Source: an uncultured archaeon
GTDB taxonomy: Archaea; Asgardarchaeota; Thorarchaeia; Thorarchaeales; CAZPUN01
Direction of reading: 5' to 3'
Assembly (NCBI GenBank): GCA_964589775.1
Contig: CAZPUN010000062.1
Coordinates: 1 to 32,000 of the forward strand
Length of the DNA: 32,000 nt
Under the pieces are notes generated by a model. It was not told the DNA's origin and ran no database searches. It saw only the letters and a list, made by a program, of their open reading frames with translations. Made by a program: the position numbers and the translations under genes. Shown in pieces: positions 1-7,339 of this stretch (within the stretch, counting starts at the first letter, position 1; every line of letters starts with the position of its first letter).

Positions 1-33
1 ATATATGATATACTTTGGATATCTATTAATCAA

Positions 34-1680
34 TTAAGTCACCACTCTCTCGTCATTTGGATTTTTATCTGGTTGATGGAATAAAGGTCCTTTTGATTTC
101 ACATCATAAATTAATTCAATATTTATATCACGCATATTTTGAATTATATGATGCCACCATTCAATTGGTATGTGAATTAATGCAAAGCCGCCATGTGTCA
201 TGTGATATAAATGCGACTCCGGTATAATATTTAAAATATTCTCGGCTAAATATTTAAACTTCTTGGGGTCCTGCGTCATTAGAAAAATATTTGGTTGTGG
301 TATTACGTGATGGAACGTCAAAAATAATTGTGCATGATTTGCAATTTTTGCTTCTTCCAAGATTTTGGATTGTGATGTTGTTATTATACCTGAATTGTTT
401 ATTGTATTTAATATTTCCAATATATCTTCCGAAATTGAGGTTGTAGTTGGCTTGAACTCAATTGTCTTGCTAATATTATCTGGATTAAATGAAATGCCTA
501 AAGTTTTCCTAAGGAAAATTCCTCTGATTTTCTGAGTGAGAGCCCATCCATCCTTTTTTGGCATTACTTGTCTAAATGAAATATTATGTGTATATTTTGT
601 TATTTCATCATCGCAAGAATTGTCTATGATCTTTATATAGTATTCATTTTTCATTGTTTTAATCTTTAATTCAAACTTGTCTGTTTTTTCTGTAGTAATG
701 CAAAGGGATTTTCCCAATGCTTTATAGTTTATAATTATTCTCGGAGACAAATGGATTGCGTTTGCGAGTTCAAAGTTTCTCTTATTTGTGAAGAATGAAA
801 AATCATTTATCGCATCATCAATCATGAATGCGACATTTTCATTTCTAATATAATGTAATGCATGAAATGCTTCTAATATTTTATATGGTTCGTTATCTAT
901 AATGTTTGGTGAAATTCCTTTTATATGAGTTACAAGTTCTGCTATATTTGGAAAGCCATACGTGTATTCATGTCGAATTAAATGTGTTGATATTTCATAA
1001 TTTACTGAGTTGTCTTGCCATTTTGTTCGCCAATTTTCTTTTTCTTCTTTTGAAATCATTTTTAATGCAACAAAGTTTCCAAGTTCGATACATAATTGAG
1101 AATTCACTATTGGTTGAGGGCACAAGCTTCTAAATGCTTCTCGGATCATTAATCCCTCGATGAGTGGCATATCAATATATTTTTCTTCAAAAATCACTCG
1201 TTCTTCTGTCCGAGTTGTTCCAAAAAGGGAGTTTTCCTCATTTAGCGGTGTTTTGGATATGAATACCACTGGATTGTTTAAAATTTTCAAGTTTAGAGTT
1301 CGTTGTACTCTCTTCAATATTTTTGTATACTTTTTAAATACTTGTTCAGTTGCTTCTAAATATAGATCTGCTTCTGTTGGCTCTTCCGGTTTTGCCAATC
1401 GATATAGTAATCGTGCTTCTTTGCGAGCTTTCTCATATTTTTCATGGGGAAAATTGTCTGCGCCTAATAACATACCTTGCGGCAAGAAGAAATATATTCT
1501 TACATAGTCTTTGTATGTTTCTGCAACAATAAATGTAACCCCGCGAAGTTTCTTGAAATGTTTTATAATAGTTGAATTCTTAATTTTCAATAATTCGACA
1601 CTCAATGGCTTTTTTGTTTTAAATTCATCATCTACAAACTTCCTTAGTGCAACAAGTACCTGCCTTTCCAAATGGCGCAC
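34..1680 (-). CDS. Hypothetical protein (548 aa)
   Basis: Long uninterrupted ORF with GTG start preceded by a GAG/GAGGTG purine tract. No family confidently recognised. Confidence 0.8.
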   Translation of the reverse strand: MRHLERQVLVALRKFVDDEFKTKKPLSVELLKIKNSTIIKHFKKLRGVTFIVAETYKDYVRIYFFLPQGMLLGADNFPHEKYEKARKEARLLYRLAKPEEPTEADLYLEATEQVFKKYTKILKRVQRTLNLKILNNPVVFISKTPLNEENSLFGTTRTEERVIFEEKYIDMPLIEGLMIREAFRSLCPQPIVNSQLCIELGNFVALKMISKEEKENWRTKWQDNSVNYEISTHLIRHEYTYGFPNIAELVTHIKGISPNIIDNEPYKILEAFHALHYIRNENVAFMIDDAINDFSFFTNKRNFELANAIHLSPRIIINYKALGKSLCITTEKTDKFELKIKTMKNEYYIKIIDNSCDDEITKYTHNISFRQVMPKKDGWALTQKIRGIFLRKTLGISFNPDNISKTIEFKPTTTSISEDILEILNTINNSGIITTSQSKILEEAKIANHAQLFLTFHHVIPQPNIFLMTQDPKKFKYLAENILNIIPESHLYHMTHGGFALIHIPIEWWHHIIQNMRDINIELIYDVKSKGPLFHQPDKNPNDERVVT

Positions 1681-1767
1681 CTCTTAATACACATTTATAT
1701 ACTATGACACTAAATCCACAAGCTATTAAAAGGTTTAACTAGATAAATTATTTGTAGGTGGGCATAT

Positions 1768-2307
1768 ATGAAAATCCGGGAGATTTTACTTGATATATCT
1801 GAACATTTGGATAAGTTCGCCGCACAATCTGATGAACTGCAAGCAGGACTTATTGTATCCGAAATTATTAATGCAAAAAGGGTTTGCATTTCTGGATTTG
1901 AGCGGACGTATCATTGTGCGGGCCTTTATGTAGACCGTTTGAAATTAATTGGTATTAATAGCATTCTAGTAAATCCCAATAATGGATTTGAATTCAAAAA
2001 TGGTGACTTTTTGATAATTATATCAACCACAAAGGAATCCGAGTATCTTGACTCTTTAGTTGAAAATGCGAAGAATGTAAAAATTAAAGTTGCTCTATTT
2101 ACTTCAAAGATGAGTTCAGATATTAAAAAAGCAGTTGATTATGCTGTTTTTGTGCCTGAAGAGTTAATGAGAAATCAAAAATTTGAGCTAATTTCAAAGA
2201 ACTCCATATTCTCAATTTCTGCGCTTTCTGTATTAGAAGCTATTGCGATCGAAGTTCAATTAGGTCTCATAGAAATGGCAAATCAAGATTCTGAAGATGA
2301 GGAATAA
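1768..2307 (+). CDS. SIS-domain protein resembling 6-phospho-3-hexuloisomerase (PHI/HxlB), motifs degenerate
   Basis: Layout IINAKRVCISG..R / GDFLIIIS...ES / AK.V.IKVALFTS..SS.I.K.VDY follows PHI SIS proteins. AGGTGG RBS upstream. Confidence 0.7.
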   Translation: MKIREILLDISEHLDKFAAQSDELQAGLIVSEIINAKRVCISGFERTYHCAGLYVDRLKLIGINSILVNPNNGFEFKNGDFLIIISTTKESEYLDSLVENAKNVKIKVALFTSKMSSDIKKAVDYAVFVPEELMRNQKFELISKNSIFSISALSVLEAIAIEVQLGLIEMANQDSEDEE

Positions 2308-2360
2308 AATCATTTATATATATTTTTTATTACTATCTCTATTAATAGGTGGACCTAAAA

Positions 2361-2510
2361 ATGATTACATCAAATGAAATGTTCTTCATAATCTGGTTTG
2401 TTGTTCCTGCATTAATCTTCATGGCACAAGCAGCCTATGCCGAATACAAATATAGGAAGAAAAAGAGATTATTAAAGGCACGCGAAGCCGATTTTGAATC
2501 TAAATTCTAA
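2361..2510 (+). CDS. Small single-pass membrane protein (49 aa), absent from the ORF track
   Basis: Translated by hand: MITSNEMFFIIWFVVPALIFMAQAAYAEYKYRKKKRLLKAREADFESKF*. AGGTGGA RBS at 2347-2353. One hydrophobic helix followed by a basic cluster. Confidence 0.7.
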   Translation: MITSNEMFFIIWFVVPALIFMAQAAYAEYKYRKKKRLLKAREADFESKF

Positions 2511-2971
2511 TCATTTCCTAATTCATCAAAGCTTTTGATCATTATTTCTCTAAGGTTTGGTGAATTAAGATATAGGTCTTCAACATTTCCATCTTTCAGA
2601 AGAATTATTCCATAAAAATCATAGATGAATTTATCTAACCTAATATTTTTCCCTTTTTTGGGTTGTTGTTTTAATAGCAATATTATATTAAAATCGGTTC
2701 TTGGTGCTTGACTTAGGATTCCTTTTTTCATACCCTTTTTCGGTTCTAAATTAATATTTGATGGTGTTGATGGTTTTTTGATCAATGAATATTTGACACG
2801 CGTAAAATTGCCCAATTCATCTTTTTTTGGTCTGAAAAATGCAATGGCAAATCCCAAATTTTGTAATGTCAAATATCCCACTTCCGCTTTGTATAATGGT
2901 GGGCTTAACGGTTCTAATTCTACTTTTCGAATTTCTTTTATTTCATCATCGATTTGTATCTTAATGTTCAT
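2507..2971 (-). CDS. Hypothetical protein (~154 aa), co-transcribed with ogt
   Basis: Track start is 2989, but GGAGG at 2983-2979 favours the ATG at 2971. Overlaps the ogt 3' end. Confidence 0.65.
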   Translation of the reverse strand: MNIKIQIDDEIKEIRKVELEPLSPPLYKAEVGYLTLQNLGFAIAFFRPKKDELGNFTRVKYSLIKKPSTPSNINLEPKKGMKKGILSQAPRTDFNIILLLKQQPKKGKNIRLDKFIYDFYGIILLKDGNVEDLYLNSPNLREIMIKSFDELGND

Positions 2972-3464
2972 TAACATTCCTCCTTTCACACATAATTAAT
3001 CTTCTTTTTATTTCTTCACCATATCCATATTTTCCAAATCCATCTTTTCTAATTACTCTATGACAAGGTATTAATAGTGGAAATCTATTCTTTTGCATTA
3101 CATTTCCTACGAACCTATATGCTTTGGGGAGACCAATAGCTTTTGCAACATCTTCGTATGTTACTGTTCGTCCATATTCTATATTATATACATAATCCAA
3201 TACTAATTTTTCCTTTTCCGAATATCCACTAAAATCAAAAATGGTTTTATCTACTCGTATTGGTTTGCACAACCACGCATTAAAAATCAGATCAATAATT
3301 CGGGTATGTATAACTTCAATTGTTTCTATTTTTACACTATATTTCTTTAGATGATTTAATACACTTTCTTTGCTTTTCATTGGAATCGTATTCGCATATA
3401 TTTTCTCTTTGTTTTGTATGATTCCTACCCATAAATCGTTTTTACTACTAGTAAAAATTTTCAT
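2961..3464 (-). CDS. ogt: Methylated-DNA--protein-cysteine methyltransferase (O6-alkylguanine-DNA alkyltransferase)
   Basis: Active-site IPCHRVI, HTH YG.TVTY.DVA.AIG.PKAYR.VG, C-terminal G.YG.G..IK..L..E. Confidence 0.95.
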   Translation of the reverse strand: MKIFTSSKNDLWVGIIQNKEKIYANTIPMKSKESVLNHLKKYSVKIETIEVIHTRIIDLIFNAWLCKPIRVDKTIFDFSGYSEKEKLVLDYVYNIEYGRTVTYEDVAKAIGLPKAYRFVGNVMQKNRFPLLIPCHRVIRKDGFGKYGYGEEIKRRLIMCERRNVNEH

Positions 3465-3539
3465 ACTTGTTCTTTATTTAAAGATGCTGATAAAAATAGT
3501 GATGCAGGACATAAAAAATTCGTCCTGAATTCTTTTTGG

Positions 3540-4433
3540 TTAAAGTAAATTCTTATGTTTCATTACTGCTTGTACAAGTAGTGCAGTTAATTCGGGATCA
3601 CTTTGTGTCATCCAGATTGGTTTCCAACCACCATCCTCATTTTGTGCTTCAAGAATTAATTGCAATGCTTTCTTAATTATCGTTTCTTCTTCTGGGCTAA
3701 GTGGTTGATCTATATATGCAATATCGACTAAATCCCACAGGAATTCTTCTTTCTTCATTGCCTCTTCAATGCTTTTGACCAATGCATTTCTTCCCTTGAT
3801 GTATGCCTCATCTTTTTCGAGACCTGCTTTCTTAAATGCATTTATAATATTACCTGTTGCTAATGGATCTGGTTCTTCATGATCCGCAGTATCGGGCCAA
3901 TGGCCGCTATCGTGTTGTAATTTTTTAAGAAATTCGATACCTCGCTTTATGCGTTTTTCGTTATTATAATTTGCACAAATTAGAGCTTCAATAGCTTTTC
4001 CTGTTAGCCATGTAATACTCTTACCGACAGGATACCAATCTCTTCCGTTTATTGCTCCCCATTTCATTTCTATATAGTCATCAAGACCTTTTACTTCTGC
4101 GAACCCTCCATCACCTTTCTGGCGTTCTGCAATAAAGCCTGCCATCTTTTCAATTAAATCTCTCTCTTCTGGTACTATCTTTGACAATGGTGTGAGTAGT
4201 TCTGCAGTGTCCTTTAGACAACTTGGATTTTCTTCTTCAAAATCAAAAGGCACGCCACCTTCTGGATTCAATATTTCTTCAATTTCAGATACGATTTCAT
4301 TAATAAAATCTTGGTCTTTTATATCCAAAGAAAAAATTATTCTTGCCTTGTCTATTAGGTTTCCATGTTCTTTTACATATTCGACAGGGTCTTTTTTAAA
4401 AACCATAAAGGGAACCTCCGATAGTTCTGTCAT
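3540..4433 (-). CDS. Prenyltransferase/squalene oxidase repeat (QW-motif) alpha/alpha toroid protein
   Basis: Repeats RQKGDGGF, LQHDSGHW and AQNEDGGW, each followed by a helical T..A/L segment. GGTGA RBS. Confidence 0.8.
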   Translation of the reverse strand: MTELSEVPFMVFKKDPVEYVKEHGNLIDKARIIFSLDIKDQDFINEIVSEIEEILNPEGGVPFDFEEENPSCLKDTAELLTPLSKIVPEERDLIEKMAGFIAERQKGDGGFAEVKGLDDYIEMKWGAINGRDWYPVGKSITWLTGKAIEALICANYNNEKRIKRGIEFLKKLQHDSGHWPDTADHEEPDPLATGNIINAFKKAGLEKDEAYIKGRNALVKSIEEAMKKEEFLWDLVDIAYIDQPLSPEEETIIKKALQLILEAQNEDGGWKPIWMTQSDPELTALLVQAVMKHKNLL

Positions 4434-4565
4434 GGGGTATCACCAACTTTAAAAAAATTTTCTACACTGGTTTGGAGAATGCTGTACTTTTTCTCCAGTT
4501 TCTCTTGTCATAATGTTTCACATGTATATTATTTGTATCTCCTTACCTATAAAGATTATTCGTGT

Positions 4566-4850
4566 CTAATCAGAATCCATGCTTTCCATCATCATGTCTA
4601 GTAATGCCTTTCTGCGCTCTTCCTTTTCATCTTCGGTTTCAGTTTCGACTCTGCTCTCTTCTTCTTCAATTATAATAATTTTTTCGCGTGGTGAATGCTT
4701 TACATTAAAGTGCATCTTGTAGTCTGGATCTGCTGCGATTTCTTCCTCTGATACTTCTTTTATGTAGTCACATTCACGACATTTAAGATAGAACTTGTCT
4801 CCGTCTCGTTTAGGTAATAGCAATCCACCACACTTTGGGCAGAATTCCAT
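4566..4850 (-). CDS. TFS/RNA polymerase subunit M-like protein with only the N-terminal Zn ribbon
   Basis: MEFCPKCGGLLLP...LKCRECDY is the typical TFS/RpoM N-ribbon. An acidic helical tail follows and there is no second ribbon. Confidence 0.8.
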   Translation of the reverse strand: MEFCPKCGGLLLPKRDGDKFYLKCRECDYIKEVSEEEIAADPDYKMHFNVKHSPREKIIIIEEEESRVETETEDEKEERRKALLDMMMESMDSD

Positions 4851-5026
4851 AGTCTTTACCCCTTTATTTGCGTTAATTTTACTGTAAGCCGTTTAATTTA
4901 TTTAAAAAGATTGTGGTATATTTGGATTTTGCCATTTTTCACTCGTCATATTTGATATTATCCAAAATGCTTAATATATACAAATGTATACTATTTTGAA
5001 TATAATATATAAAAGCAAGAAAATAA

Positions 5027-5046
5027 CCCCGCTAATTATTGCGGGG
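5027..5046 (+). promoter_or_regulatory. GC-rich inverted repeat overlapping the RBS of the GNAT gene
   Basis: CCCCGC-TAATTATT-GCGGGG in very AT-rich intergenic DNA. The right arm runs into GGGGAGG. Confidence 0.45.
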
Positions 5047-5057
5047 GAGGGTCTGAA

Positions 5058-5546
5058 GTGAGATACGAAATAGAGATTCGAAAAGCAAATATGAATGAGG
5101 CAGATTTAGTAGATCGAGTTATTAAAGCTGCATATGCGCCATTAATGAAAATTTTATCTAGACCTCCCAAGGCTCTTACTGAACGTACTTCCACAAGGGC
5201 GCGTCAAATACAATTTGGTCATATTCTCGTAGCGATTCTTGGCGATGAACTAGTGGGCACAGTAAGAATTTATGCTGATGGCCCTCGCGGTTTTATTAGC
5301 CGTCTTGCAGTTCACCCTACACATCAAAGGAAGGGTATCGGAACTGCTTTGCTTACTGCTGCAGAACGTGCTCTAGCAGAAAAAGGCGTTAAATATTTTG
5401 AGCTTGAAATATATGATAAAGTTGATTTTCAACACGCGTTTTTCAGTGTAAATGGATATATCGAGGTAAATAAATTTGAGCGAAATGGTGAGATAATCGT
5501 TAATATGCAAAAAAGTGCAAAGAAAGCACTAGAAGAGGAAATATGA
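5058..5546 (+). CDS. GNAT family N-acetyltransferase
   Basis: Acetyl-CoA motif A: ISRLAVHPTHQRKGIGTALL. Downstream FF..NGY segment. GTG start with GGGGAGG RBS. Confidence 0.9.
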   Translation: MRYEIEIRKANMNEADLVDRVIKAAYAPLMKILSRPPKALTERTSTRARQIQFGHILVAILGDELVGTVRIYADGPRGFISRLAVHPTHQRKGIGTALLTAAERALAEKGVKYFELEIYDKVDFQHAFFSVNGYIEVNKFERNGEIIVNMQKSAKKALEEEI

Positions 5547-5560
5547 CATTAATCAGTCGC

Positions 5561-6109
5561 TTAATTTGTATTTACTATATTTGTAATATGTTCAAATAAT
5601 TCTTCTATTCCAATATTATTTAAAGCACTTGCCTCAAAATAGCTTACTTTGTTTCCTATGAGTTGGCTCATATAATTGATAAACCTTAATATATCATTCT
5701 TTGATATTTCTCTTTGATCTAGATCAATTTTATTTAGTATCAGTATGACCTTTTTATTCTTATTCAAACTATTTTGTATCCATGGTAAGATTTCAGAGAC
5801 AAATATCTCCCTTGCTCGTTGTAACGTCTCACGTCGAGAAACATCAACAACTAACCCTACTATTGATGCGCCTCTATATTGCCCTTTTCGCATAAAATCA
5901 AATTGTCGTCTTCCTGCAATTTCAACAAATTGAAATGTAAAATTGGTATTCATTTTATTTATACGTTTTGAAAAAATATCCATACCAATTGTCATTTTAT
6001 ACGTGGAAACAGTTTCATTATTTATATATCTCTTTAATAATGCTGTTTTTCCGGTTTGCGCTGCTCCAGTAAAAATAACTTTAATTGTATTCAACTCTTC
6101 TCTCTCCAC
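5561..6109 (-). CDS. Rab/Ras-like small GTPase (eukaryotic signature protein family)
   Basis: G1 GAAQTGKT, switch I YKMTIGMDI, G3-like EIAGR, G4 NKID, G5 EASA..N.GIEELF. Confidence 0.9.
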   Translation of the reverse strand: MEREELNTIKVIFTGAAQTGKTALLKRYINNETVSTYKMTIGMDIFSKRINKMNTNFTFQFVEIAGRRQFDFMRKGQYRGASIVGLVVDVSRRETLQRAREIFVSEILPWIQNSLNKNKKVILILNKIDLDQREISKNDILRFINYMSQLIGNKVSYFEASALNNIGIEELFEHITNIVNTN

Positions 6110-6238
6110 ATTTATTCTGATTTAATATACTTCAAATTTACTTATATACTCGTCAATTTTACATATGTCAATATTTGACTTGTAATATAATTAACTTTTT
6201 TGCTTATGAATAAAATAAAAAAGTAGAAAAAATGAGAC

Positions 6239-7219
6239 TTATTCTGTATTTTCTTTTGATTTTCTGGTTGGTTTTGTATGGTATAATGATTCGGTCTTAA
6301 ACATTTCAGAAACTGCTTTCCATGTTGTAGATTTGTAGGTGATTCCAGTAATGTTTTTGATTTTAAATACTATAATTGCAATTACATCGATCAGCACGAT
6401 GTTCATCATTAGTAATGAGAAGCTTCCAAAAGCAATATCCCAGTATCCCCAGATTAGCATTAGACCAACATTTACAGCTGGTGGCATAAGTGAGGCTGAA
6501 ATTGCAACACCGACCAGGGATGACATATCGCCACGAGTGACTGCAAGTGCTACAGCAGCACCTGAAGTTGCAGCAACTCCTACATCAATTAAGGACCACG
6601 AGCCTCTTGCTGTGATCTCATGTGGTAACGACGAATACGGTATTTGAGTCATAAACATGCCTAGCAAAATGCCCATAAAGAATGATAACGCTAATGCTAT
6701 CAGTTCATTTATTACGCCTTTGATTGAGAGTCGTATTTCTCCAATTACTGATGCAAAAGCGGTTGCTAGGATAGGTCCCATAAGTGGTGAAAGTAACATA
6801 CTTGCAACGATGATCGTAACGTTATTATTGTAAAGTCCAAATCCTGCAATTAATGCGGAAGTAACGACAAATGCAATGAAATCAAAATCTAGTTGTGTTC
6901 CGCCTTTTATGCGTTCATACAATTCTTCAACAGAGAGCAAGGATTCTACTTTTAATCCCTTTTTCTTTTCCTCTTCTTGTTGAATAGGTAAGGATGCTTG
7001 TAAGCTTAATACGTCTACGATTCCATATTCGATTCCTACACCTTTTTCCTTTAGATTATTTAGTAATTCAAAAACCATACCATCTGAAACCCGAAATGTT
7101 AAAATAAATGCTCCATCTGCATGGACCTTTATTATGTTTTTAATTCCCATATCTTCTATCAGGAACTCTAATATTTCTGTTGTTTTTTCTTCGGGTAATG
7201 TCAATTGGATTTGCTTCAA
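6239..7219 (-). CDS. TIGR00341/DUF389 family multi-pass membrane protein
   Basis: Motifs IA.FGL..NN...IVASMLLSPLMGPI, EI.AR, GVAI(S)ASLMPP. TTG start with AGGAGG RBS. Confidence 0.9.
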   Translation of the reverse strand: MKQIQLTLPEEKTTEILEFLIEDMGIKNIIKVHADGAFILTFRVSDGMVFELLNNLKEKGVGIEYGIVDVLSLQASLPIQQEEEKKKGLKVESLLSVEELYERIKGGTQLDFDFIAFVVTSALIAGFGLYNNNVTIIVASMLLSPLMGPILATAFASVIGEIRLSIKGVINELIALALSFFMGILLGMFMTQIPYSSLPHEITARGSWSLIDVGVAATSGAAVALAVTRGDMSSLVGVAISASLMPPAVNVGLMLIWGYWDIAFGSFSLLMMNIVLIDVIAIIVFKIKNITGITYKSTTWKAVSEMFKTESLYHTKPTRKSKENTE

Positions 7220-7339
7220 TAGCGTTTCCTCCTAGAATTACAAAGAAATTATTGTTTTTATCAGTTTTAATCCTTTTCCTTTTATTTCTTAACAGTGTTA
7301 ATTATCATATTCTAAATAAAAAAATAAGAAAAAGAGAAT

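Noticed and set aside
4473-4497. Inverted repeat TGGAGAA/TTCTCCA and a 20-codon - strand ORF in the gap upstream of the QW-repeat gene
   Set aside because: A single short stem and a tiny ORF with no convincing RBS are compatible with chance.
5544-5546. TGA stops as possible selenocysteine readthrough (also at 29460)
   Set aside because: In-frame stops follow within a few codons, and other TGA stops are ordinary ATGA coupling overlaps.
3540-6109. Prenyltransferase-fold gene near the Rab-like GTPase as a proto Rab-prenylation system
   Set aside because: The GTPase has no C-terminal cysteine, two unrelated genes intervene, and QW-repeat proteins are common in prokaryotes.
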